Source: Octopus vulgaris (Eukaryota). From it: a DNA stretch of 64,000 nucleotides. Below the pieces are notes generated by a model. The model did not search any database. It saw only the letters and a program-made list of their open reading frames with translations, and was not told where the DNA came from. The stretch spans positions 161,262,001 to 161,326,000 of the forward strand of contig OX597815.1 in NCBI GenBank assembly GCA_951406725.2, given 5' to 3'. This document shows positions 28,006 to 40,729 of the stretch, piece after piece (position 1 is the first letter of the stretch; the number at the start of each line of letters is the position of its first letter). The position numbers and the translations under genes were made by a program.

Positions 28006-28575
28006 TATTATTATTATTATTATTATTAGTCATCTGTCAAGTCACAACAAGGCAGAATCGTTAGCATGTCAGGCAAAATGTTCTTATGTTCTGAGTTCAA
28101 ATTCCACCAAGATCAGCTTTGCCTTTCATCTTTTCGGGGTCAATTAAATGAGTACCAGTTGATCATGGGAGCTGATGCAATCAACTATGATCCCCATCCA
28201 AATGTCAGGTTTTGTACCTATTCACATGGAATTTTAGGTTTTCCAAAATTGTTTATAGTGCATAAGTCAACCTATCTTACTTAGCTGTAAATTTTGGTGT
28301 CAGAAACTTTGACTTTTATGGTGGGAAATATGGTAGTCTCCATCACTGCTGTAGTCTATATAAAAAAATATGGGAGAGATTATTACTTCATGTTTACACT
28401 GTACACTACATCAACTCGTATGCCAGATAATGCATTACTTGAAAATCAGCTGAGGGTTGTTAACAGGAAGAACAGCTGGCCACTCTTGTCTAGAATCCTT
28501 GTCCAGACCATACAAGCATGGAAAAATAAGTGTTAAACAAATGAACGAATAAATATGTTTAAATATTTTCAGATG

Positions 28576-29006
28576 TACAGGGTGGACCAAACATCATGCG
28601 CCAAAATATTTGACATTCTATTTACATTACGTTGTTACTATTATTCATTTTGGTAAGGTGGTGAGCCAGCAGAATTTTTAGCAGACCACGTGAAATGCTT
28701 ACTGGTATTTCATGCGTCTTTACATTCTGAGTTCAAATTATGCCAAGGTTGACTTTACCTTTCATCTTTTCAGGGTTAAATTAAGTACCAGTGAAACACT
28801 GGGGATCAATGTAATCAACTAGCCCCCTCCCACTAAATTTCAGGCCTTGTGCCTTTAGTGGAAAGGATTATTTATCTTGCCCCAGTACATGTGTATTCAT
28901 CATTATTTCATTTATTTCATTCAATTTTAGAAAAAGTGAAGCATGCCTTTGATAATTCTGAGGTGTCTTAAACTTATTTTGTATATGACTTTTGGTCCAC
29001 CCTATA
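28576..29006. mobile_element. Tc1-like MITE with a nested SINE B
   Basis: TIRs tacagggtggaccaaa / tttggtccaccctata; SINE B at about 28655-28870. Confidence 0.75.
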
Positions 29007-29374
29007 TTTTAGATTATACAGGTGCACTGTTAATTGTGTATGGACGAGGGTAATATATATGTCTATGTATATGTTTTTTATTAGTCAGTATAAATAGACT
29101 TCAAATACATTATATTAAAATATCATTATGTAGTATACAAAACAATATTTTGGGTGGTGATAAAACTGCAATTTTTATGCTGTGAATATACATTCAGTTC
29201 ATCTTATTATTGTTTGTTATATATTTATTTTTTTCCATCATTTACTGTTCTATTGTCTGATACTCTTTCATTTTGTGATTTAACCACTTGGTTATGGCCG
29301 TATGTAAAGTAGTTCCCAATAGCAGTACTTATGACACAACATAAAATCTGCAATTGTTAAATGACAATTAGAAC

Positions 29375-29604
29375 TTAACCTTTTCGATACCAACCCAGCT
29401 GAAACCGGCTCTGGCTCTGTAGTACAAATGTCTTGTTTTCATAAGTTTTGAATTAAAATCGCCCACCAAACATTAGTCACAATTTATGTTCCTAACACCA
29501 GCTTAATGATAGCTAAGTTATTTGACTAAATTCTTTGTTACATTCAAAATTAATTGAAAGAAACACAGAGCATCTCAAAATAAATACGATAACGAAAGGG
29601 TTAA
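29375..29604. mobile_element. piggyBac-like MITE family P1, copy 2
   Basis: ttaa|ccttttcg ... cgaaaggg|ttaa; the body matches 2064-2293. Confidence 0.7.
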
Positions 29605-31385
29605 ACTAGAAACCCAGTTGGTTTCTGTAGTTTTTAGTTGTTGCTTTTTTTTTTCAGTTTTACCCAATAAATTAAAACTAAAACTACTGTAAAAGTTTAT
29701 ATTAAATTGATACATATTTTCAAACCATTAATTTAAAATTTTAGGTTTAGCAGATTGCTTAAGAAGCTTGATTCCAACCATGAGGTTCTAGGTTCAGTCC
29801 CATTGCATGGCACCTTGGGCAAGCATCTTCTACTTTATCTTTGAGCTGACCAAAACTTTGTGAGTGCTTTTGGTGGAGGGAAATTGAAAGGATAGCTGTA
29901 TGCTTAAGAACCTTGATTCCAATCATGAGATCCTGGGTTCAGTTCCATTGCATGGCACCTTGAGCAAGTATCTTCTACTTTATCCTTGAGCTGACCAAAA
30001 CTTTGTGAGTGCTTTAGAAAACCTACCTCAATGAATTCTGTCTGACTCCTGCTGACATGAAAAAGTGGACACTAAAACAAAGATAAAGATAAAGATGATG
30101 ATGACAATAATGATGATATTTAACCATTTGTGTATGCAATCTACACTCAGCATTTTCATATGATGAAATAAAATTTTTAATGCTACATAGAGTGTCTCAA
30201 AAAGTGTGAACTGAACAAGCCATTTGGTGATATTAATGATTAAAAAAAATTTTTTTAAAACTTATAAGATGAATGAATGAAACTGAAAGTAGAACACATA
30301 AAGGTCCAATACATATTGTAATCCTCATTACATAATATGTATGTATGTATGTGTGTGTGTATATATATATATATGCACATGGACTTTCTTTAACCTCCCC
30401 CTTGGCTGTTTCCCAAAGTTTTCTTCGTGTTTAGTTTTTGTTATTTACTCCAAGGAAGTGGAGTAATGGGCATAACCGATTCAACCCTTCCTAGACTGCT
30501 GAAGTTGATGTTGTTGATCCTCTCTCACTCTCACTCTCTCTCACTTGCTTCGTGTTTTCCATCTCATTTACAAACCATATTAATCTTTCTTACTAACCTT
30601 CCTGAAAATAAGTCGATAGTTTAGTGATTTGTTATGAGATTTTTTTTTGTTTTTTGTTTTCTAAGTTGTAATTTATTCCTTGGCTTCAAAATTAATTACA
30701 TCACTTCTCAGTGATCAATAAACCATTTGTAGTATTGATACTGAAGCAAAATAGGCAGAATGAATGTTATGCGCGTTTAATTATAAAGGAGCATTGCGGA
30801 AACAAAGAAAACAATTACAGCTTTGTAATTGTCATCATTGTCATCATTTTCACCGTCATCATTCTAGGCATCAGCAACAGCAATATTTGGCTTTTTAATA
30901 AAGTCAAAAGCAACTCTGTAAAATTATTTGGCCACATCAAATGTACATTCAACTTCCTTCTCTCTACAATCCAAAGATCTGTATGGATGATATGTTTCTT
31001 GGAAGGAGAAACTAAGAGCATCCCAACAAGAGATGGAGAAACCAGATTCTTAAATGGTCTGGAGATGCAGCAGCAGCAATGGCAACAGCAAAACGGCCTC
31101 ATTGCCAATCATAGGCAAAATTCAATGTAATGACAATGAGAAAGGATTGACAGATGGAATATATGTTCATGATGTTTCATATTCTGTTTTAAGCAGAAAT
31201 AATGATTAGATATCATCATCATCATCATCATCATCATCTTAATTACATAGAAATAAATATACACACATTGATATATATATATATATATACACATATAAGA
31301 ATAAGATCATTAATTTAAAATATAATAATGATCTTATCAAGTGGCCAGCATGGAAAAAATAACCTTCAAAGGTAATAATTATTAA

Positions 31386-31628
31386 TATTATAACTAGCGT
31401 ATCTATGAGATATCACCATGCTGAAAATAGCAGCCATGATCTGATTCTAAAACCACCTTAAGTGTTCATATAGCAACACAGAGAGAAGACAAAAAGGCAA
31501 GATAAAACTAGTAAAAAAATTTTGTCTTCTCTCCATGTTGCTATATGAACACTTAAGGTAGTTTAGAGTCAGATCATGGCTGCTATTTTCAGCATGGCAG
31601 TATCTCGTAGATACCCTAAGTCATAATA
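31386..31628. repeat. Fold-back palindrome (arms about 110 bp) with a third direct copy at 32398-32479
   Basis: catgctgaaaatagcagccatgatctga...cttaagtgttcatatagcaaca is mirrored by tgttgctatatgaacacttaag...tcagatcatggctgctattttcagcatg. Confidence 0.9.
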
Positions 31629-31649
31629 ATAATAATATATATATATATA

Positions 31650-31997
31650 TGAAGCTACATGGCTCAGTAGTTAGAGTGTTGGGCTCACAATCATGAGGTA
31701 GTGAGTTTAGTTCCTGGACCAAGCTGTGTTGTGTTCTTGAGCAAGACACTTTATTTCACATTGCTCCAGTTCACTCAGCTGTAGAAATGAGTTGCAATGT
31801 CATTGGTGCCAAACTGTATCGGCCTTTGCCTTTCCCTTGGATAACATCAGTGGTGTGGAGAGGAGGCTGGTATGCATGGGTGACTGCACGTCTTCCATAA
31901 ACAACCTTGGCCAGACTTATGCCTTAGTGGGGAACTTTCTAGGTGCAATCCCATGGTCATTCATGACCAAAGTGGGAGGTGGGGGGGTCTTCACCTT
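31650..31997 (+). mobile_element. tRNA-derived SINE
   Basis: A box tggctcagtag, B-box-like gagtttagttc, CORE-like gttcttgagcaagacact; matches 4680-5015. Confidence 0.75.
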
Positions 31998-32811
31998 ATA
32001 TATATATATATACACGACAGGCTTTCACACAAATTCTGTTTATGAAATCCATTCATGAGGCATTGGTCAGCCTGGTGTTATATTGTAGAGGACAAAGTGT
32101 TACACAGTGCATATTTCATTTTCACATTATAGATCTATAAATATGTTTATGTTTGCAATTGGCGAAACACTCACTGCTTCCCTGTATTTCAAGTGGGGTG
32201 TGTGAAAAGGAAGTGTCTACGTGACTCGGTGAAATATAAGATTTTTGTTGTATGCACTAATTTATCAACAGTTTCTTGCCAATATATCTTATTGTTCAGG
32301 TGTGTATGTATACACACCCAAACATATATCTATATCAAGCAAAGTAGCTAGTTAGAAAATCTCCATAAGAAATGAAAGTAGTAACTATACTGAGAAGTTA
32401 AGGTGGTTTTAGAGTCAGATCATGGCTGCTATTTTCAGCATGGCAGTATCTCGTAGATACCCTAAGTTATAATAATATAACTTCAACATGACTAACCCCA
32501 AGAGTTAGTCAAAATAACCCCAAGAGGAAATAACCCCAAGAGGAAACCTCCTCTAGCTGATCCTGTCAAGTCACTAGAAAATGGTAGGGGTTCACTCCCC
32601 TGCTTGCAATATATGTCAGGTGCAGATTGCATCATTAACCAACAAGAGGGAACCTCCTCTTGAGGTTAAAAATGGTAATAACATCAGTTCGTATGGAAGA
32701 GCCATGTTGAAGTGGTGACAGACATTACTTATATGTATATGTATGTATGCATGTTTACAAACAACCAATGTCAAAATGAGTTAACAAAATATTAGGATTT
32801 AATTAATGAGG

Positions 32812-33110
32812 CCCTTGCCAAGAGCTGGCATGCAGGCTCATTCCCTCACTGCAGGTGGCTGCTATGGCTTTCCATCTAGGTCAGTGCATCTAGGTCCTGC
32901 AGATGATAGGTCTGGAACTCAGGCGACTGAAGAAAGCCATCAAGAATGTAGGCATGGCAGCTCAAACTAGCTCGAAGTGATTATGGTTGAAAAGAGACCA
33001 CAATTGGAACCCTTCTGTAGATGAAGACTAGTTCAATCCTAGCTGTCTCGCTCAGGCAAAGGGGTGAAACACTTGCAGCTTTGGGATACCTTCTGACAAT
33101 ACAGAAGGGT
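32812..33110 (+). mobile_element. HERO-clade (REL endonuclease) non-LTR retrotransposon 3' remnant
   Basis: Frame-disrupted KSWHA..FP.AGGCYGFPSRSV and VLQMIGLELRRLKKAIKNVGMAAQTSSK*LWLKR match the HERO tail GW...FP.EVGCRGF..S...AI.....AA...S.WLWLKR. Confidence 0.7.
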
Positions 33111-33263
33111 TTCCAGCATTGCAATGGTTTTTTTTTTTAGGAGAGCTTGCAAAACCTCTGAGTAGCTCCATTCTAGCCAGGTGGGATGAAATCTAAAACC
33201 ACCTAATTGTGCCACAAATTTCTCAATCACGTTACCCTACATATAAACTTATGTATATATATA

Positions 33264-33295
<32 letters not shown>

Positions 33296-33307
33296 TATAA
33301 ACTTATG

Positions 33308-33340
<33 letters not shown>

Positions 33341-34261
33341 GCATAAGTAGTATATATATGTACACACACACACACACACACATACATATATGGATCAAAA
33401 CATTTTGATTCAAATTCGTTGGTACTCTTGAGTTTCAAGCACTTGAAATTCAAGGTTACTAATGAATTTGAATCAAACTGCTTTGATCCATATATGTAAT
33501 TTGCAATAAATTGGTTGAGTGCCTTCTTCTGTTTGTCTACGCACTCATATATATAAAGATATATATATTTAAACAGACACAATAGCACACACTTGCATGC
33601 ACATGTAAGCATAGGCATGCAATTATAATTATTTCTATTCAGTGCCTAACTATATATTCATGCGTATAATATATCATTGCGTATATTTCTCTTTTTTCAC
33701 TATTTATAAGGGTGGGTTATCTTGTTTATCAAAACCTCTGCTTTTAAATTTGACTGTGCTAGCTATTGTTAACTACTCATCTATGTATTTGATGCAGTGC
33801 ATAATATTCATACAGTTAAGTAAACTGGAATGAATAGTTCAATGAAGCATACTGCTATGACAGAAGTAAAATTTGAACATAACCACTCTGCAGCCATTAA
33901 GTTTGCCACATATAAAACATATCATCATCATCATCATCGTCATTTCATTTTACTATACAGATGTAGGTTGGACAGGTTACACTTTTATTCTATCATGTGG
34001 TCTTTCGTTGCCTGATATTCACATTAAGAGAAAACCAGCTTTGTTGTTATGTATTATTTAATCATGCTTTAGTCATGACTGGATGCCCTTCCTTTGACCA
34101 ACCACTTCCCACCATTGACTGGGTGTATTTCATCATGCCATAAGCATTTGATATCATGTGCCAGCATTTTTATTCAGTCACTATTCTCCCTGATGGTGGG
34201 TTGCCTCTGCTGAGGCTTGTTGGCTCATTTTCTTTCTCTACCCACCACCACCACCACCACC

Positions 34262-34651
34262 ACTCTCTCTCTCTCTCTCTCTCTCTCTTCTTTCTTTCTT
34301 TCTTTCTTTCCATGTATCTTTCCTGCCAAGCTTACTGTTTAAACCATGTTTGTGTTCTCCCAGTCAACAGCCTTACCATTACTGGTACTTTAAACTCTTT
34401 GGTTGCATATTTTGTGTGAATATAATCGTTTTTCTTTGGAATAGAAAAAAAGTCTATCTTTATTTCTTCTTTTGCTGGTGTCTCAAATTTAGGTTAAATC
34501 AGTGTTTCTCAAAGGGGAGGCTTATGGGACGGTTGGACAAGTTGCTTTGAGAAAATTTGGTTTGAATGTTTGACAACTCAGCATATATATATATATATAT
34601 ATATATATCTCTCTCACATCACCATCTCTCTCTCTCTCTCCAGCCTCTCTG

Positions 34652-34682
<31 letters not shown>

Positions 34683-34990
34683 CCATGTATCTTTCCTGCC
34701 AAGCTTACTGTTTAAACCATGTTTGTGTTCTCACAGTCAACAGCCATCCGAGCGTAGCCTACTTGTGTCTTTGGTTGGCATATAAAATAACTACACTCGT
34801 TTTTCTTTGGAAGGCATAGCAAAACACTATCTGACTTTATTTCTTCTTTTGCTGGTGTCTCAAATTTAGGTTAAATCAGTATTTCCAACCCATGCTAGCT
34901 TATGGAAAACGGACCTTGGACAAGTTGATTTGATGAAAATTTGATGATGATGATGTTTGACCAACCCATGCTATATAGCGATATATATAA

Positions 34991-34995
<5 letters not shown>
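34262..34995. repeat. Local tandem duplication of about 330 bp; second copy scrambled
   Basis: ttctttccatgtatctttcctgccaagcttactgtttaaaccatgtttgtgttctc and tttatttcttcttttgctggtgtctcaaatttaggttaaatcagt each occur twice. Confidence 0.85.
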
Positions 34996-35049
<54 letters not shown>

Positions 35050-38000
35050 TACACACATACACGGCTGATTCCAGTTATTTGATACATAATGAAAAACTAC
35101 TAACTTCCACTTTCATGATGCGCTAAAATATCAAATGAGTTAAATATATTTAATATATCATTACCATCCATTTACCATACTGAATATTGTAGTATATGTA
35201 TTGCTTATATTTTATTGTGCAATAAAATTGTGAAGTAAATCTTCCTTCATTTTGTATAGAAGGTATTAAAAGTTAGTTTTAAATCAAGCAATGAATGGAC
35301 ATCATTTTGTTGTTTCCATTATCAAATACATTAGCCTATGATTAACCCGATTAAATTTTTTCTTAACCTGTATAACCCTAATTGTTATCACCGATTATGT
35401 CAGAATGCATAAATGTTGTTATTGCAGAGTTGTATGAATCTGGATAAGTTTGAATAATTAAGGAATATCAAAGAGAACTGGAAAACATTATAGGGGATCA
35501 TTCAAATGGTTATCATGCTGATAGATATCAAGGAAAAACAAAATAAAAAGGAAGAAAAATCTTAACTAAATGAAGTATAAGCAAATTACATAGCTAAAAT
35601 GTCCTATCAGTAAAAAAAATTCTTCTATCATAATTCATGCGTATGTAACATAGCCATAATATGTTACTCCCAACAATATATTGAAACTTGTAATTTATCG
35701 CCTACTATTTGAATTTGGCTAGTTGCATAGCAATTTTACTCATCAAGGCTATGTAATTAAGAGGAATAGATTATATATATATATTTAAAATATATCATGC
35801 TAGTTCAGCTTGGTCACTGTTAATTATTTCCCTTTCACTCAGCTTCTTTCTTCTGGTCATTTCATCCTGTTGAACCATTAATCCCTACGCATTTTTTCTC
35901 TCTCCATTTTTTCCCTCTCAACCCTATCTGTTGAAAAGTGTAGGCTCAAAATGCCAAAGACTCATTCATTCTTCTCCAGCATCAAACTAATACATCTGCT
36001 TGTTGTTCCCTCATCTGTTTTCATCTTTTGTTTTCTGTAAATGTGAATTATATATATATATATATAGATATGAATATACTATTTAGATGTTAGTTACTAT
36101 AAGTTTCATGCCTCTGATAAGATAGTAGTCAGACAAGCTTGTATAACATGCCTATATCATAAGATAATCCGAAGGTGGCAAGCTGGTGGAATCATTAGCA
36201 CGCTGGACAAAATGCTTAGTAGCATTTCATGTCTATATCTTCTGAGTTCAAATTCTGTTGTGGTTGACTTTGCCTTTCATTCTTTCAGAGGTCGATAAAT
36301 CAAGTACCAGTTGAGCACTGGGGTTGATTTAACTGACTTAGCTTCTCCCCAAATTTGCTAGCCTTGTGCCAAATATTGAAACTATTATCATGTAATCCAA
36401 TAATATACAGACATGCAGTCACACCTAAACATATGTATATATGTGGCTTTGGTTTCTGTCCTACTATGCAATAACTTTGACAAGTATCTTCTACTATAGC
36501 CCTAGGCTGAACAATGCTTTATGGATATACTTATCTAAGAAACCTATTGTGTGTGCATGTGTTTCTGTGTGGTTGCGTAAGTGAATGTATATGAATGTTG
36601 ATATCTCACGGCTTTACTTATCGCTGCCTGAGTAAAATAGTGATGTGATATTCACATACCTTCTTGACATTATGCTTGGTCACTTGGCACTTTTAAAGAA
36701 GCATGGAATAGGAAAATCTCCTACTTAAAAAAATAGGTAAAGGTTGGTGACGGGGAAAGCAAAATCCTGTTTCAAATAAGTCTCCACCCATCCTTTATTT
36801 ACATGGAAAACCAAACATTAAACCATGAACAAATAAGCATAAATAGCTTTACACCTTTGTTCTTTACATGCAAAAATCTTGTTATACATGCCACACAATT
36901 CTATCACATATTCTTCACTCTTTTGTTGAAACCAATATCTAAAACAATGTTTTAAGACCTAGTTGAGAAATTTATTTTCTCATTCAAACTATATGGTAAA
37001 ATAACAATTAGTATGCCTACAGTTTCAAAACAAATAATCTCAGATTATTTTTTAATTATTTGTTTACTATGATCTTTTGTTGGGTGTTTTTCTTTATATT
37101 TTTTCCCTCAGATTTATATAATGAATGTTTTGGGCAATATTGTTGCTATCATTTAACTCTTAGTCAGCTCTGATTGAATAGAAACAAATATATATTGTCT
37201 TATTAGGCCTTGTAGTACAGCATAGCACGAACTTCTTGATCAGTTGACAGGAGTTTTTATACATAGAGGAAGAATTACTAAGTAATTCAGTAATTAGCAA
37301 AGTATTAAACAAAATTGACTTAAGAAAAGTAACTCAAATAAGACATTGGCATGGATAAATCAAATGGATGTTGGTGTAATGAATGAGGTATACAAAATTT
37401 TTTTAATTAATAAGGATTTAGTTTTTGATTAGGAAAGAAACCAAAAACCTAGCAGCAATCATTCATGTTACAAAGAAAAAAATGGAAATAATTTCAAGAA
37501 TTTGAGAATTAATTTTGAAAAACTAAATCTTTATCTAGACAAAATCTACTCTTTGTTAATGGAGATAATGGCAGCAATGGACATATTTCAACCTTATAAG
37601 ACCTTAGTCAGTGCAAAGCTGCTTCATCAGCAGGCTGATTTTTACAAACCTGTAATATGGTCCCACATTAGTTCATTTTAACAATATTTCATTGCTAGAT
37701 AAATACTATAAAACCAAGAAATTAATTTTAATTTGAATGTGGCATAACCCAGATAATTTTGGAGTTCAGTCCCACTGCATGAGACCTTGGGCAAGTGTTT
37801 TCTACTGTAGCCTTGGGCCAACCAAAGCCTTGTAAGTGGATCTGATAGATGGAAACTGAAAGAAACCCCTTGTATATATTTGTGTGTGCATGTGTGTGTG
37901 TGTCTTAGTATTTGTGTTCATCCCCCACTACTGCTTGACAACCAGTGTTGGTTTGAATATGTCCCTATAACTTAGAAGTTCAGCAAAAGAGAATGATAGA

Positions 38001-39008
38001 AAAATACCAGGCTTAGCAGAAAAAATTAAATACTGGGTTGATTCATTCGACTAAAGATCCTTCAAGGAAGTACCCTAGCATGGCTGCAGTCTAATGACCG
38101 AAACAAGTAAAAGATAAAAAGAATAGCTTGATAAATGAGAAAAGTACATCACTATATAGTTATGTATACTTGTATGTTGTTTTTGATAAATATTTTTGAG
38201 TAAACTACCAGTAATTGTTTAAGCTAATGAATACTTAAAGCACTATTGATACAATTCAAATACTATCATTTGTACATTATTTACATTATTTACATTCGAC
38301 GGATATCTGTCCTCATCTTGTTTGTTGTTAACCAACAAACAAGATGAGGACAAATTTTATTTACCATATTCCCCTTTCGGATTCACACACTTATTGCGAC
38401 AGTCCTTCAGTTTTTCTAAGCCCTGTAAAAGAACTCAGAAGATTGAGCCTCCAACCAGGCTTTTCACAATATCCTTAAAGCCAGGAACTTTTTGGCACTT
38501 TTTTGCGTACATTTATGTTCTCAGCTGGGAGCATGAGGATGGCATCACAAACAGGAGAATAAGTAATAAAACAAATCCCTTGGATGGACAATAAAAATAA
38601 GAAAATCTTTTTCTGTTGGATTTAATAAAGTGTTCAGTTTTGAAACAATGTAACTATAACAACCTAAATGAGGACACTAGTCGTCTTTTCAGGATCAATA
38701 GGATTGGTTCAGTACTTGATAGGATAGGTTTGATATAATCAACTATAACCTCACTCAAACTGTTTGGCCTTGAGATTTAGGTTAGAAATCATCATCATCA
38801 TTATCATTTAATGTTCGCTTTCCATGCTAGCATGTGTTGGACGATTTGACTGAGGACTGGCGAACCAGATGGCTGCACCAGACTCCAATCTTGATCTGGC
38901 AGGGTTTCTACAGCTGGATGCCCTTCCTAACGCCAACCACTCCAAGAGTGTAGTGGGTGCTTTTACGTGCCACCAGCATGAGGGCCAGTCAGGCGGTACT
39001 GGCAATGG

Positions 39009-39237
39009 TGGCGAGCTGGCAGAAACGTTAGCACGCCGGGCGAAATGCGTAGCCATATTTCGTCTGCCGTTACGTTCTGAGTTCAAATTCCGCTGAGGTC
39101 CACTTTACCTTTCATCCTTTCGGGGTTGATTAAATAAGTACCAGTTATGCACTGGGGTCGATATAATCGACTTAATCCATTTGTCTGTCCTTGTTTGTTC
39201 TCTCTGTGTTTAGCCCCTTATGGGTAGTAAAAAAATA
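39009..39237 (+). mobile_element. SINE family B nested in an RTE 3' UTR remnant
   Basis: TSD ggtactggc(a/g)atgg at 38995-39008 and 39238-39251. Confidence 0.85.
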
Positions 39238-40591
39238 GGTACTGGCGATGGCCAGACTCAAGTGGTGTTTTTTACGTGCCACCTGCACAGGAGCCAGTCC
39301 AGCGGCACTGGCAATGACCTCGCTCGAATGTATTTTCATGTGCCAGTAAGGTAACACTGAAGAGCATATATTCTGAGTGTTTTAGGTATGCACTACACAC
39401 CTACCAATAAAGTTGGTAAATTTTCATTGTAATAATTCAGTTCTTGCTATATCCTAATATAATCTGATCATGTTTTCTAATTTAGCAATACACAGTCAAA
39501 ACCAGACTAATTAAGGTTGAAATTATATTATGAATAGACATAACTTAAATAGTATCCACAGAGTAGTAGACTCGAGACAGTAGCATACTCTGTGACAGCA
39601 ACCACCTTATGACACTGCACAGTTTAGAAGAAGAGTATTACATTTCATGTGAAGGCATGTTGCTTAGTGGTTAGGGTATTCAGCTCATGATTTTAAGGCT
39701 GTGAGTTCAATTCCTGGCAATGCATTGTGTCCTTAAACAAGGCACTTCATTTCACATTGCTCCAGTCCACTCAGCTGGCAAAAAGGAAAAGTGAGTAGTA
39801 CCTGTATTTTAAAGGACCAACTTTGTCACACTCTCTGTCATACTGAATCTCTCTGTGGACTACATTAAGGATACACATGTCAGTGGAGTGCTCAGCCACT
39901 TGCACATTAATTTCATGAGCTGGCTGTTCCATTGACTGGATTAACTGGAATTCTCATTGTCCTAACCGACAGAGTGCCAGAATATATATTATAGTACAGT
40001 ATCAAATTTCATAGACACCAAACAGAGCAGAATAATATATACTTAAACTGAGCTTTTTATTTTCAAGTAGAGGCACATGGTTTAGTGGTTGGGGTGTTGA
40101 ACTCACAATCGTAAGGCAATGCAAAGTGTTCTTGAACAAAATTCTTCATTTCACACTGTTCCAATCCATTTGGCAGTAGAAATGAGTACCATTAGTGGAG
40201 GTGCATCACCAAGTGGTTAGGGTGTTAGATTCACGATTGTAAGATTGTGGTTTCAATCCTTAGACCGGGTGATCTGTTGTGTTCTTGAGAAAAACATTTT
40301 AATGTTGCTCCAACTCACTCAGTTGTAGAAATGAGTTTAGCCTGGAGAGAGATGGGCTCCACCAGGCTTCCTTGACCTAGATACTCTGCATGGATGTAGC
40401 AGTCCAACGACCCCTAAGGGGTTAAGAGACTTTAATTAATTATTAATTAATTAATTATTTTCAAAGATTTTTGTTGCATAAAAACAAACTTAACCTGTTT
40501 TATTTGAATTTATTTTAGCTTCCTCTCATAAAAACACTTCATAAACAAGAGTTTAATCAACATCTTTATTTCTACTTTTTTATAATTCTAG

Positions 40592-40729
40592 CCCAAAGGA
40601 ACCCCGTATTGTCCAGATGCAGAAGATGTCTCCAGCGTTAGACTGTACGGTGACCACCAAGTCATTCTTAGGAAAAAAGATTTTAAACCAGAATATATTG
40701 TATCTAACTTAGAACTTAAAGACATGGAA
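40592..40729 (+). CDS. Internal exon A of a classical protein tyrosine phosphatase-domain gene (motif 7 region)
   Basis: Pyrimidine tract and ttctag| acceptor; |gtaagt donor at 40730; 138 nt, phase 0-0. Translates PKGTPYCPDAEDVSSVRLYGDHQVILRKKDFKPEYIVSNLELKDME, which aligns with PTP xKCxxYWP...YGdxxV...Y.v..l.l and joins in frame to exon B. Confidence 0.85.

Noticed and set aside
30711-31130. 139-aa ORF with a hydrophobic stretch and poly-Q
   Set aside because: GTG start, no recognisable domain and no clear splice sites; the low-complexity parts come from (CAT)/(CAG) repeats.
35495-35565. IIQMVIMLIDIKEK, resembling PTP motif 6 (IVMxT)
   Set aside because: In-frame stops on both sides and no usable splice sites.
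37536-37681. Open frame containing ADFYKPVIW, vaguely like DFWxMxW
   Set aside because: No QGP motif, poor match and no convincing donor.
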